From positions 558,001-622,000 of the forward strand of contig NC_043005.1 in the NCBI RefSeq assembly GCF_006345805.1: a DNA stretch of 64,000 nt, written 5' to 3'. A program made the translations under genes and the position numbers. Positions 1-13,923 of this stretch are shown here, one piece after another (position 1 is the first letter of the stretch; each line of letters begins with the position of its first letter). Below the pieces are notes generated by a model. That model searched no databases, was not told where the DNA came from, and saw only the letters and a list, made by a program, of their open reading frames with translations. Source of the DNA: Octopus sinensis (lineage: Eukaryota).

Positions 1-71
1 GAGAAAAGTAAAAGAATAAAAGATATATTTCACCCCACTCACACACACACACACACACACTCACACACACA

Positions 72-102
<31 letters not shown>

Positions 103-1801
103 CTATATAATATATATATGTCTTATATTTGTATTTCTGTCTGTGTGTTTGTCCCCACCTTCACTTCAGAACCGGTGTTGCTGTTTCTACTTCCCGTAAC
201 TTAGCGGGTCGGTTCTCTAAACAGATCGAGAGAATAGAATAGGCTACAGAGAATAAGTTCTGGGGTCTATTCTTCGTCTAAAAGCAGTGCTCCTGCATGG
301 CTGCAGTCCGTGATTGTAATAACTGAAACACATAAAATATTACACACACACTCAATGGCGTCATTGTTACTGAAATTTATATTGATAAACAGGTAAGGAA
401 TGTGTGCACACACCCACCCACATACAATGGCTTCGTTGTACGGAGATCTTTATATTGATAAATCTAATGATCTCGTTGCATTTGCAACAGTATAGCTTTC
501 ACTAATCAGGAATGCTAAACTCTGGAGCTTGACGTTCTGATTGGACCAAGTGGTGTCCTGGTTGTGCATCAAGCATCAGGTTTAAATTTTATTCATGCTT
601 TATTATTTTTGTTTGTTTGTTACTTTGGTCTACGTTTTTCAAATCTGGGCTTCGTTTCCGGCCCTAGGTTATACAATTTCTGCATATTTTCTTTATGTAA
701 CTTACTGCTTTATTCGTTCCTTTTTTCTTTTTTCTTTTTTCGTTTTGCTCTCTTCAGTTTCTATTTTTTATTTTAAGTCTCTTATTCTCTTTGTGTTGTT
801 TTTGTTTTTAACCTCACCACACACTTAATCGGTTGAATGGAACTCCTCACAGCATCTTCCGTTTCACTTTCCGTACCAACTTTCATTCCTGCAATTTATA
901 CTATTTCCAGATTAACGTTCTGCTAAAAAACAAAGACGAATTCTCAGAAATTCATTGTCTTCAGCTCCCTATCTTCTCAGATTCTCACACATAAACTGCA
1001 CTGAACTTTATATATTTTTCATTGGCTTTCGTAATTTTATTCACAGTTCTTATTCACATGAAACCTCTTATGATTCTACCAATAAATATTTATGAAAACC
1101 CCTTTTCGTAACGGATGGTTTCGGTCAGCTAAATGTCGTAATCTCTCCGTTTTGTAATCAAATAGAGGAGATTCAATTCAAGGGAGACATGTTTAAGTTA
1201 CAAATATTCTTCACTTGCAAATTGTTGCATGGAATCCCTTCTCGATGACGCGTACCCTAAAACGCATGGAATTAAATCAACTCTTCCGTCTTCTTCACTA
1301 AGCCTTTCACATAACTAAATCTTTCTTGGTGGAATTTGAATATTTAAACTGAATATAGGACTATATATTCATATGAGACGCTTGAGCTTTCCTCTTTGTA
1401 GACAGCGTTGTATAATTAAGGAGCGCAGAATAACTCGGGCAATACTCCATTCGGTGTGACCTCCTCTCGTAATAGAAGCGTCGGGTGGCTGTCATGATAC
1501 ACGGATAGTCTTAGACATTCAAACCATGCTGGTTCTTGTGTTTCACGAGCTCTGACAGAAACAGAATCCTTGCAGTGAGAAGAAAAGAAAGGAGGCAGAG
1601 AGATGAGAATCGGCACAAAGAAGGGAATTAGTAATTTATCGATAATGAAACAGCGAAAGGCATAAGTGGCCTGAGAGATGAGATTCGGACAAGAATGTAG
1701 AGAAAAGGAAAGACTACACAAGAAATTCTGTTTGCATGCCAATCCGATGCCAATGTTTGCTAATAGTAATGGTGCAGTGGAACATAGCATATATAGCAGG
1801 G

Positions 1802-1923
1802 TCACTAGCATAGCTGGCGTAGGGCGGTTAGGTGTGGTCCGCCAGGGTGGCACTTTTAAAGGGGTCTGGATGCGGCAAACGTAGGGGCCACCCGGGCGGC
1901 ACCACATCTAGTCCCGTTAGTGA
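1802..1923. mobile_element. Short GC-rich hairpin element (MITE-like)
   Basis: ggtgtggtccgccagggtggc is an imperfect reverse complement of gccacccgggcggcaccacatc; outer tcacta / tagtga also pair. Confidence 0.5.
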
Positions 1924-2349
1924 GCATGGTGTATACATTTCTTTTATATAATCGTAATGGAAGCACTTTAGTGTAGAAAGTAATCCGTGCTCCGTGTGTG
2001 GCAGAACTGATCCAAATAAAGCACAGGTAATTACGAAAGGTCTGTATTTAGGAACAATGGAGGCAGTTCTGAGAAACTGGCTCCGAAAAATCGTTGCCGT
2101 GTGTTGGGAGAAACTGTTGGAAAGTTTCGACTCACTCGCATAGGAAAGAATTTATGTGAGAGAAGCGCAACTATTTGTATAGACCTAAAAATCCAAATAA
2201 TTATAAGCTAGGCAAAGAATGCCTACAGAATAACCCACATGGGGAGCGCCCTGTATGAGCCTCTTTATGTTGTGAAGCATCTGCAGACGTATGACAAGTG
2301 GTGTAAAACATCATTTCACTATGGCAATATGAAATAGAAATATTATCGA

Positions 2350-4915
2350 CCTCCTACACACACAGAGTAAGACTCATGCTCTCAGGAACGACTCATTGCA
2401 AACAAACACAGGTGGAGTCACCTGCTCTACCTCACCAATGCCCTAGTCATGGAACAAGTTGTACTCAGACCAACGAGGGAAAATAACATTTTGGATCTCT
2501 GCTTCACAAACAATATAGACATTATTCATGATGTGAAAGTAACGCCGACATTAGTCTCGGATCACAACATAATAGAGCTTTCTATGTTTGGGCCGAAAGA
2601 AGCCAGAGGCATACAGCCAAAAGGAAGCACCCGAAATCTCTCCAATCGGAACTTCCACAAAGTAGACTGGAAACCGATCCAAAAAGAGATCCGCAGACAA
2701 CTGTCCGAAATGTCTCTCGGCACCAGACGTTGGCATGAAACTAGAATATTTCATGTCTGTTATGCAAGCCATATGCCAGAAATATGTTCCAGAGCACAAG
2801 GCCACAACAAATAGGAACAAGATTCTAAAGGAGAGGAAGATTCTCATGAGACGACGGACGAAGGTTTCAAATCGCCTCAACCAACATGCCAAAAGTAGTG
2901 AAAGGTCCCGCCTAAAAACAACACTGATGTAGATTGGAAAAAGCTTGAAACAATTTTATGTGAGGGATAGAGTAAACAAAGAAGCCTGGGTTAGTAAAAA
3001 CATTAAGTGAAATCCAAAGACCTTCTTTCATTACGCCACAGAAACAGCATTAATACACCGCAAGATAGGATCCCTCTTCCCAAAGGATGGCACCCTCACA
3101 GAAAGCCCAACCAGGATCAGTGAGGTACTGAATGACCAGTTCAAAACTGTCTTTATCACTCCGTTGGGACACAGACAAGTGAATTAACCGGTGGACTTTT
3201 TTTGCCGCCTCACCTATAACCAGCGAGGCAATTACGATGGAATACATCGACATTAGCGAAGAAGATTTACTAACCATAGATGAAGTGGACGCAAACTCAA
3301 CGGATGGTCCTGATGGTTTACCAGCAATCCTCCTCAAATCGTGTAAGCATACCCTGGCAAAACCCCTCCAGATTTTCTTCCAGAGCTTTCTTGCAAATGG
3401 CAGACTGCCAAGCAAGCTGAAGGAGGTAATAATATGCCCAGTCAACAAAGGAAGCAGAGCAGATGCCAAAAACTATTGGCATATCTCTCTGACTTCACAC
3501 ATCAGCAAGGTCATGGAACGGATCGTCAGATGGAACCCAATTGCATACCTTGAAGAAAATGATTTATTGAGTGATACCCAGCATGACTTTCGAACAGGTA
3601 GGAGCTGCCTGACCCAGCTCTTACAACATTATGACTTGGTGTTAAGGCAGTTACTCAACAACTCAAATGTGAACGTAACATACCTTGATTTTGCAAAAGC
3701 TGTTGATTAGGGTATGATATGCCACAAACTGCGATTTCTCGACATAGCTGGAAAACTTGTAGAGTGGTTACATGACTTTCTGAAAGATAGAAGTCAGGAA
3801 GCAGTGGCCAATAGCGCCTCCTCAACGAAAACACAAATAGTGAGTGGTGTTCTACAGGGCACTGTTTTGGAACCCCGGTTTTTCAGAGTGGCCCTCTTAG
3901 ATATGCCCTCAACTGCCCGGATAGCTACCCTTGCTAGCTACGCAGACGATACGAATGTCTCGAAAAAAAATACAGATGCCCAGCAATGTTACCCACCTGC
4001 AGCAGGAGATGCACTCAATTTACAGATGGGCTGAGGATAATAATATGCAGTTAAATGCTGAAAATTTCCAAGCCCTGCGCTACCAGCGTCCAAAACGGAA
4101 TATGGAACTTACTGGGTACACTGTTCCACAGGGAATTTCAATCCCAGAGCCTAAGTCAATGAAGGACCTGGGTATCGACATTTGTCATGATACCGCTTTT
4201 CAAGTGCACATTACCAGGATGGTGACAAAGTGCAGACGACTGACTCGATGGATCCTGAGAATATTCAGAACGAGCGAGAAGGAAACCATGATGGTCCTCT
4301 GGGGGACATTCTTCTCCAGCCGCATGGATTACAGCTTCCAGCTATGGTCACCCAATAGTGTAAAATTAACAGCGGACCTCGTAGCATTCCAGCGAAGCTT
4401 CACAAAGAAGATCGTCTCTTTGCAACAGCTCAGCTACTTGGAAAGGCTGCAAAAGCTAAGACTCTACTCCCTGAAGCTAAGGCGGGAGAGGTGTGCAGTA
4501 ATATATACATCTAGAAGATCCTGGAAGGAATTGTGCCAAATTTTGGCATTGGAAGCTACATCAATGCAAGGAACGGATCGACAATGTACAGTGCCAAATA
4601 TCCCAGCAATGCCATCGCGCTTCAGGACCAGTTACTGCAACAACCTGTGTTTCGGGGGCCCACATCTTGTTTAATATTCTCCAAAAAAACCTGAGGAATC
4701 TGCAATAAGAAGATGTAGGCGTTTTGCAATCAAAGCTGGACGTCTTCCTCTCGAGATTCCCAGATGAACGTACCTCTAGGCATGAGGTGCAAATAAGGGT
4801 AGCTATATCAAATCCATTCTACACCAAGTGGCATATATTAGAGGAGGATCTCAGTAATCAGTGTAGCAAAACAGCGGTGCTCCAACATGGCCACAGCAAT
4901 GAGCTGAAATTATAA
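2350..4915 (+). mobile_element. Decayed CR1/L2-group LINE (endonuclease C-terminus, RT, 3' end)
   Basis: Frameshifted ORFs with [23 protein letters not shown], LDFAKAxD, QGTVL, YADDT; 3' end gcggtgctccaacatggccac...gctgaaa. Confidence 0.9.
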
Positions 4916-4917
4916 AA

Positions 4918-5087
4918 ATGTATGTACATATTTTTATATATATATATGTGTATGTATATATATATATATATGCATATGTATATATAATATATATATGTAT
5001 ATACATATATGTATGTATGTATGTATGTACGTATGTATGTATGTATGTATGTACGTATGTATGTATGTATGTACGTATGTATGTATG

Positions 5088-5118
<31 letters not shown>

Positions 5119-5326
5119 GTATGTATGTATGTATGTAAGTATGTATGTATGTATGAATGTATGTATGTATGTATGTATCGGAGCAGGTATGGCTGCGTGG
5201 TAAGAAGCTTTATTCTCAAACTCGTGGTTGCGGTGTTCAGTCCCACTACAAGGAACCATGGGGATATGTCATCTAACATAGCTTCAGGCGATCCAAAACT
5301 GTGAATTGTCTATTATGAGAAGCCCG

Positions 5327-5366
<40 letters not shown>

Positions 5367-5377
5367 TAATATATATA

Positions 5378-5456
<79 letters not shown>

Positions 5457-5460
5457 GGGC
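4918..5460. repeat. (TATG)n and (TA)n microsatellites around a SINE head at about 5180-5330
   Basis: Direct reading; the head matches the copies at 35408 and 40181. Confidence 0.85.
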
Positions 5461-5689
5461 GGATGGTGCCTGTCTATCTGCCTCTATTTATCTCCACCTC
5501 TCATCGATTGATAACTGAAGCTGAGGTATGTATATATATGTACCGGTGTATTTTGTGCCGATAAAGTTTTTAGTTGAAGTCGACAGTCACCAATTGTAAC
5601 AGCGTATTTTGAATTTTGGTGTGGTCACCTATATTATTGATGATGAAATGTTTGAGTCACCAATTGTAACGGCAGAATTTGTATTTTTT

Positions 5690-6404
5690 ATATTTTATTT
5701 TATTTAGTTTCAGCTCACAAGCGGTGGCCATGCTGGGGCACCGCCATTTGGTGTTGCTACATGATTTTACTTCACGAATGCTTTTTAGCAAATGCCTTCT
5801 AGTGCTTGAGAGAGTTTGATGCAGCTGCCCTCATCTGCACCTCCTGCCGTGAAGTTGGTTCATCTGGGAAACCTGACCAGAAGAGATCCAGTTTTATTTT
5901 AAAGACATCTGCATCCACCCCATGCAGGTCTCTTATGTTCTTTGGGAGGATATTGAAGAGCTGTGGGCCTCGGAAGCCCAGGCTATCACAGTATCTTGTC
6001 CTACATCTTGATGGCAAATTTGGAGTCCTAGGCACTACGCTGTGGCGCCCAGTTCTAGCATTTGTGTAACTCTCGATGCCAAAGTTTGGAACAAGTCCTT
6101 CTAGAATCTTCCAGATGTATATTATGGCATATCTTTCTCGCCTACGCTCTAAGGAATAGAGTCTCAATATCTTGAGTCTTTCCCAATAGCTCATATGCTG
6201 CACAGAGGCTATCTTCTTCGTGTAGCTTCGTTGGATCGCCTCAAGTTCTGTGATTAACTTGACACTGGATGGTGACCATAGCTGAGAGCAATAGTCAAAG
6301 TGGCTTAGGACAAGTGTCCTCCAGAGGACTATCATGGTTTCCTGGTCTCTTGTTCTAAAGGTTCTAAGAATCCATCCGGTCAGTCGCCTACATTTCATTG
6401 CCAA
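5690..6404 (-). mobile_element. 5'-truncated CR1 LINE, 3' portion with an open 201-aa frame
   Basis: ORF 5799-6404 (LVLSHFDYCSQLWSP, LYSLERRRERY); same family as 2350-4915; tail ggcggtgccccagcatggcc...gctgaaactaaataaaa. Confidence 0.92.
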
Positions 6405-6487
6405 TTTAGCAATGTATGGTAAACTTTATTATGAAATTTTGGTGAAGGCAGTGGTAACGATAATAATTTGTGGTTATAATTGTTTAC

Positions 6488-7076
6488 TGTAGGATGTGAA
6501 AGATGCACAATGTATAAAGTTTTAAGAAGGTATTTATTTACCGTTACGTTACAAATACCTTGCCTCAACGGACAGGTTGTGATACATCCAAAAGCATGCG
6601 AAGTAAAGTTTGTGTTTGTGTCCTCATCATTGTTTAGTAGTAATTGCTGAGACAGAATGATGTTGTAAGAGAACAGAATTAGAGCTAGAGAGAAGTGTTA
6701 GTTGTTGTCTGACATTAAACTTCCTCTCTCCCTCTGATTAAGGTTGGTCAGCCAGACCCCGTTGAGTCGTCACCGACTGTGACTGACTGATTTTTGCTTG
6801 GGATGTGCTTACTTATATAAAGATCCAGAAGGATTGAGAACAATAGATTTAGTTGGTGGTCTTGTTATCTCTATTCTAGCTTTTTGTGAAGCAGAGGAGG
6901 TCAGAAAAGGTCAAGTGGTGAAAACATTATTTCGGCCTAGGTAAAGGCATTTGGAAAATGTAAAACTGCTGCCAGAGAAAAACCATTGTTCCACCATGGG
7001 AAAAGTTCTGTAGTAGTGTTATTTTAAATTTGGCTATGGTGGATCGAATCCACTTCATGCATGCAGGATTCACTAC
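6488..7076 (-). mobile_element. Candidate solo LTR
   Basis: TGTAG...CTACA termini; on the minus strand a TATATAAG box (about 6812-6819) and AATAAA about 45 nt before the end; no clear target-site duplication (TSD). Confidence 0.45.
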
Positions 7077-8225
7077 ATATATATATAGTTTATATTTAGC
7101 TTTCATAACTACTGCTCAAATATGAGATTTAGTTTTAGGCAATCACCAATATAGTTGATTATTTTAAAATTCTCCTACAAAAATAAAATCCAGTCCCATA
7201 AGACGCCCTTCCTGCGATAAATGGTATTTCTCCTTTATTCCTAACATGGTCAATTTCCGAAAAAGAAAAAAAAAAGGGGAGGGGGAAACTATCGTCATAA
7301 CGTCGTAAAAAAAAATCAGTTCATATTTTTAAGGGAATGAATTGCGAAGGTAATGATTTCAAGGGGAGTAACTACGTAATATAGAATTGGAAGGGAGTTA
7401 ACTCTAGCATGAGTTGTTCATAGCACTTTGTAGAATTTTGTCGGGGGAAATGCAAGATGCCTCTCTTCGAAAATCTGGATGCAAATTTCATATCTGGTTT
7501 CAGAATTTGCAATATACGTATTTCCAAATTATATTTAATATGACATGTAGGTATTAAAAGTTGCAAATATATGATAAAAGCTACAACAGTCATTTCCCCT
7601 GTTTTAGAGAAAGCTCTAGACTTTTTTTCCACCTACATTTCGATAGCAATGAAATCTAATGCAAAAAGATACGTGTAGCTGGATACATTCTCCTCCTGGG
7701 GGCACGAAAATACTGCCCGACAATAAAATAACTGATGTCGCTTTGGTAGGACAACCACTTGACAATGGACGCTTGAATACAATCCATTTAGAAGGAATTT
7801 TAAATTTCTCTCTACTTCTTCAGGAATATCTTTGATTGTCGAAGATCACAAAATTTATCAAATGGATTCCCAAGTGACATTTACAAAATCCTATTTAATC
7901 AACCGCAAATATATCATTTCAACTAAAATGTATCGCATTAAATGATGTGTTTTCTGTTTCGAATAGGAAAAAGATACAAACATGAAGAAATGAATGTAAA
8001 ATCTTCCTATCCCCAAAAGACGCAAACTAAAATTTCTTGTGAAGAGAATTTATTGTAGAAATTTGCAACCACATTCGAAGCTGAAGAAATCGATCTGTAA
8101 ACAAGTGTCCCAGACACTAGACAAATAATCAACATTATAACGAGCTGTTTCAGGTAAAGTTTTGATAAATAGAACACAAAACGTATTGTAAGGCAAAATT
8201 AATGTTTTATTACTGATTCATCATA

Positions 8226-8300
8226 TAAGGCAAATAGATATGTGTAAGGCAAATAGATATGTGTAAGGCAAATAGATATGTGTAAGGCAAATAGACATGG
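8226..8300. repeat. 19-bp tandem repeat x4 (taaggcaaatagatatgtg)
   Basis: Direct reading. Confidence 0.9.
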
Positions 8301-8337
8301 AGTATAGCCCAGATACTTAACTGCTGAAAATATATTT

Positions 8338-8650
8338 ATTTTGGCACAAGGTCAGTAATTTCGGGGGAATGGTGGTAATTCGATTACATCGACCCCAGTG
8401 ATCAACTGATATTTATTTCATCGACCCCGAAAGGATTACAAGGTAAAGCCAACCTCAGCAGAATTTAAACTCAGAATGTGCAATCGGAAGAAATGCCTCT
8501 AAGCATTTTCTCCGGTGTGCTAACGATTCTGCCAGCTCGTAATTAAGATATAATGATTTCAAATTTGACACAAGGTGAGCAGTTTTGAGTGAGGCGGGCG
8601 AGTCGATTACATCGACCCCCACAGTTCAATGCTACTTATTTAGTCGACCT
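8338..8650 (-). mobile_element. OK-type tRNA-derived SINE plus a partial second copy
   Basis: Family motifs atcgaccccgaaagga and gctaacgattctgccagctcg. Confidence 0.8.
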
Positions 8651-8754
8651 TGATTACTATTGAAAATATAGCGAAATTTCATAAACACCTACAAAACAAA
8701 TTCGTTTAATTGCATACCCAGTTAATTGCACAGAAATTTCAAGTGGAAATAACT

Positions 8755-8935
8755 ATGTCATAAGATACGTTAGTTTATAATGATCCTAAAAGATACGTTG
8801 GTAGATATAAGATACGTTAGTTTATAATGATACTATAAGACACGTTAGTATATATTAGTCTTAAAAGATACGTTGGTATATAATGGTGTTGAAAGATATG
8901 TTAGTAGATAGTAGTCTACATTTTTTGATATCTTA
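8755..8935. repeat. Degenerate minisatellite with core aagatacgtt(a/g)g
   Basis: About 6 imperfect units of about 18-30 bp. Confidence 0.75.
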
Positions 8936-9904
8936 AGCAGATTTTTATATTTAATTAAAAACAACAGTCTTTTATTTTATACACCCAAACACACAATGGG
9001 TTCAGTTAGGACAAAGACTTTGCTAAATATTGAATTTATTCAAATGTTCTTTAATGGGTTTCAATCATTGGATTACGGTTACATTTTGGTTACGTCTTCG
9101 TGGATTACAGTCGATTAGGATGATCTCGACCTTTCCTGTATTTATTATAGTATCGACTTTGGAGCACAACAAAAGTTGAAGTCAGCTTGGTGTAAACTAA
9201 AGCAGCAAATATGGATAGAAAACAAGAATGTAACTGAAGAATTTCGCTATGCCCTGGGAGAGAAGGAAAGTGACATTTCATACAACAAAGAGTGTCGGCT
9301 TCATTGGAGTAGGGTTGTCGTCATGGAAATATATTTCGAATCGAATGCAAATTGCTAATTAAAATATACCCGGTACACAGTCTGTCTTTATGGCTAGAAT
9401 CCCTCTTCCCCTTCAGTTTTTAAATCTCAAATTAATTCAGATGAAACCAATCTGGTTAATTCAAACAGAATTGGAAAATCGAACTTCAACTGGAGAAAAG
9501 CACAAAACCACAACATTAACTGAAGATTGCCGAAGATTATAAAAGAGAGAAACAGGAAAATATCTGTGGATTAAGTAGAGTTTGAAAGCATCTCCTAATT
9601 ATCAAATACAATAAATTTGCTGATTATTTAATGCTAAATCAGAGATATTCAATAAATGTTGTGCATCAATAAATATCTGCTGAAAATGCAGCAAGTTATA
9701 CACTAACAAAATGACTGTATCAACATAATGCTATTGTCAAGGACACGCCCATGCACACCTTCTTTTCTATCAGCAACGGAACTCTTCTTTCTTGAGCTCT
9801 ACTTTCTCTTTTTATGTCACCTAAAGGAAATGTCTGTCATGTCATTATATTTTTAAATAATTACGTATATAGGCAGTTAAGGTAAATACCAATTATACAC
9901 ACAC

Positions 9905-11181
9905 ACGAATGTATGTATGTTTGTATGTATGTATGTAGTATGTATGTATGTATGTATGTATGTATGTATGTATGTATGTATGTATGTATGTATGTAGTTT
10001 TTGTATGTATGTATGTATGTTTGTTGTGTGTGTGTATGTATGTATGTTTGTATGTATGTTTGTATGTATGTATGTATGTATGTTTTGTATGTATGTTTTG
10101 TATGTTTTTTATGTATTTATGTATGTATGTATGGTGCATGTATGTATGTATGTTTTGTATGTATGTATGTATGTATGTTTGTATGTATGTTGTAATGTAT
10201 GTATGTATGTATGTTGTATGTATGTATGTTGTATGTATGTTGTATGTATGTATGTATGTATGTATGTTATGTATGTATGTATGTATGTATGTTTTATGTA
10301 TGTAGTATGTATGTTTGTATATGTGTGTATGTATGTATGTTTTTATGTATGTATGTGTGTATGTATGTATGTTTTTTTATGTATGTATGTATGTTGTTTG
10401 TATGTATGTATGTATGTATGTAATGTTTTTTTTTATGTATGTATGTATGTTTGTTGTATGTATGTGTGTATGTATATGTGTGTATGTATGTATGTTTGTA
10501 TGTATGTATGTATGTATGTTTGTATGTATGTATGTATGTTTTTATGTATGTATGTATGTATTTTGTATGTATGTGTTATGTAGTAGTATGTATGTTTTTA
10601 TGTATTATGTATGTATGTATGTTTTATGTATGTATGTGTGTATGTTTGTATGTATGTGTGTGGTAGGTATGTATGTTTGTATGTATGTATTCATGTATGT
10701 TGTATGTATGCATTTATATATGCTTGCATGTGTGTGTATGTATGTATGTATGTATGTATGTATGTATGTATACATGCATACGTACATGCAACCATGCACA
10801 CACACACATATACGTATATAAATATGTGTGTGTGTGTGTATGTGTGTGTGTACGTGTGACTATAATTTTTGTTCCTGACTTTGATGTTGCAGTGGAGTTA
10901 GGAATCCTAACGTCCGTTTGTCGCATCGCCTACAAAGACCAATTAAATGCCAGACTGACAATAAAATACTCAAAGTGATGTGATTCACTAAACTCCGAAC
11001 GTTGTGCTCCATAACGTCCACGACCAAACTCCGAAATCTGCGAGAGAAGTAAGAGAACTTATTATTGTTATTATTATTATTGCTGTTGTTGTTGTTATTA
11101 TTATTATTTGTTATTATTATTATTATTATTATTTGTTATTATTATTATCGTTATATATTTGCAATATATATATAGATATGA

Positions 11182-11212
<31 letters not shown>

Positions 11213-11253
11213 TGTATGTATGTATGTATGTATGTATGTATGTATGTACACAA

Positions 11254-11294
<41 letters not shown>

Positions 11295-11300
11295 GAGGCA
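9905..11300. repeat. Long compound microsatellite tract, (TATG)n about 950 bp plus (TTA)n, (TATG)n and (CA)n, directly 3' of the LOX stop
   Basis: Direct reading; explains the MYVC-type ORFs. Confidence 0.95.
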
Positions 11301-11307
11301 CATACAT

Positions 11308-11422
11308 TCAAATAGCGATAGAGTTAGGAATTAAGGGAGGATCCAAGACGTCGTAAGGCCAACCACGGTTTTCAATTTTTTCACTGATTTCTTTAGTAAT
11401 TCTTTTCAGATTCGATTGGAAC
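11308..11422 (-). CDS. LOX terminal exon l ([37 protein letters not shown]-stop)
   Basis: gttttag acceptor; PYxxLxP and NSIxI C-terminus with terminal Ile ligand; TGA at 11308-11310. Confidence 0.95.
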
Positions 11423-13518
11423 CTAAAACAGAAGAAAAGAAACAATGAGAAAGAAAGAAAATTAGAAAGACATAAACAAATACACCTCATAACAACAATT
11501 ACTGCAACATAAATTAAACTTGGTTTATAGACAATCCTTTTATATTTGATAAGATTTCAGTTTGACTCTGTTTTATTGTCTCATTTCAGTGAATTTGTAG
11601 AAAATCTTTCATCAATAATGAACGAAGCTCTCCAAGTGTTTATATTTCTTGCTGTATTTTCGCATCGACTTTGACTTGTATATTTGACCACAACCTTTTA
11701 TATGTTACTTCATATTAGCACATTACCACACAACCTATTATCGCCTAATAATAGATATTCTACCAAAACTACATATTGTCACACTTTATCACATTAATCC
11801 TACGGTGATACACATTATTACAGACACAGGGGTGTGTGCACAAGTAGGTATACAGTTATGAAAAAAAAAAAGAAAACATGTACAAAATTCATTTATTTTT
11901 ATCAAAACAATTAACAGTTACGATAAATGTATTATTATGATTAATGACACTGAGAATATTAAAAATGAGGCTAACTTTTATTATTAATTTTTTTTAATAA
12001 AAATAAATGAGTATTGTAAGAGTTTTCTTTTTTCCCGGCTGTATACCTACTTTTGAGCTTTCCTGTAAAACAAAACGTTTCGCATTTTGCTATTGATAAT
12101 ACCTAGAAGAAGGTGCTTCTTTTCCCCTCACCAAAGTGAATGGAGCTTTGGCCAAGAGGAACTGATGTCATCACACTGTGTCTCCAACGATTATCAGATG
12201 TTTCCACACTGAACCGTAACACCCTCCTCTTTGTGATTCAGTAGAGGCGGCCAAATCTTTGCTCTTCATCTCCTCCTGGCTTCTAGCTTAACATCTCTCT
12301 CTTGCTCCTTAATCAGCAAGCGGATATTTATTTTCCAGCTTTATCACTCAGTATCACAAATTATCACATTGCCCTATATTATCGTATCACACAATCACAT
12401 TAATCCAATCAGATACCACCTAATATTGGCTTCCAATTTTTGGCACAAGGCCAACAATTTCAGGGGAGGATGTAAGTCAGTTACATCAACCCCAGTGTTT
12501 CACTAATAATTCTGCCGACGCCCGAAAGTATGATAAGCAAAGTCAACCTCGACGGAATTTCAACTCAGAACCGGCGAAATACCTATTTCTTTATTACCCA
12601 CAAGGGGCTAAACACAGAGGGGACAAACAAGGACAGACATAGGTATTAAGTCGATTACATCGACCCCAGTGCGTAACTGGTACTTAATTTATCGACCCCG
12701 AAAGGAAAAGGCAAAGTCGACCTCGGCGGAATTTGAACTCACAACGTAACGCAGACGAAATACCGCTAAGCATATCGTCCGGCGTGCTAACGATTCTGTC
12801 AGTTCGCCACCTTTATAATAATAATAATAAATAATATGAATAATAATAATAATATAATAATAATAATAATAATAATAATCCTTTCCACTGGAAGCACACG
12901 GCCTCAAATTACGGGGTAGGGTATAAGTCGATTACATCAACTCCATTGCTTGACTGGTACTTATTATATCAACCCCGAAAGGATGAAAAGCAAAGTCGAC
13001 TTCGGCGGAATTTGAACTCAGAACGTAAGGACGGACGAAATGCAGCTAAGCACTTCGCCTGGCATGCTAATGATTCTGCCAGCTCGTCGCCTTCAGATAC
13101 TCCCTAATTTGCAAATTATCACATGCATATTCATACATTATCACTTTACTGTACATGATCACATATCACATATTTCACATAATCGGATATGAATACTTAC
13201 TCGGCGACGCAATGACGTCCCGCTTGATGACAGATATATTTTACATCGAAATTTCCCAGAGGATTGGTTCCTCTTTTGCTCAGGACGCTGGTGATTTTCA
13301 AAGCACCGAGAATTGTTTTTAACTCAGGCAGGGCATCTACGATATGCTTCTCGGTTCTGGGTGCCTGATACACGAAACAATGAAACAAATAAAAAAAGGA
13401 AATTAACCTATCAATTCATTCGTTATTGAATAGTTTTCTGGGAAAATAATATTATTAGCTTTCAAGTTTTGAGTTTGATATCGACTGAAGGGACACATTG
13501 TAAAATAAGTCTATAAAG

Positions 13519-13572
<54 letters not shown>

Positions 13573-13846
13573 GTGTGTGTGTGTGTGTGTGTTAGAATTA
13601 AATTAAACACAATCGGTGAAAATTTACACAACAAATGGAACAAGTGACAAAAACCCCTCATCAGGTGTCTATCTACAGATCCTGCAGATTTCAGTACCTT
13701 AGAACAGACCCACTAGTTTCTTCAACTATTTATCAGTGATGGTTGACAAGAATTGATGATAAATGAGAAATGTGACAGACACTCTGATGGAAATATAATC
13801 TTGGGTCTTAGTAACTGGAAAAGCGAGAACAAAACATTAGTCTTTT

Positions 13847-13923
<77 letters not shown>

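Noticed and set aside
1416-1907. 163-aa minus-strand ORF
   Set aside because: Starts inside the MITE-like hairpin, runs through a pyrimidine tract and has no recognisable domain
8226-8935. Short direct repeats as a possible CRISPR array
   Set aside because: Head-to-tail minisatellites with no unique spacers, in eukaryotic DNA
9505-9575. CTGAAGA...GAAAC hammerhead-like match
   Set aside because: No stem II and G at position 17; likely chance
4851-11356. Numerous MYVC-, YIHT- and poly-I/L/Y ORFs
   Set aside because: Translations of (TATG)n, (CA)n and (TTA)n microsatellites, not genes
11423-13200. Introns k-l and e-f are both 1778 bp
   Set aside because: No sequence similarity between them; coincidence
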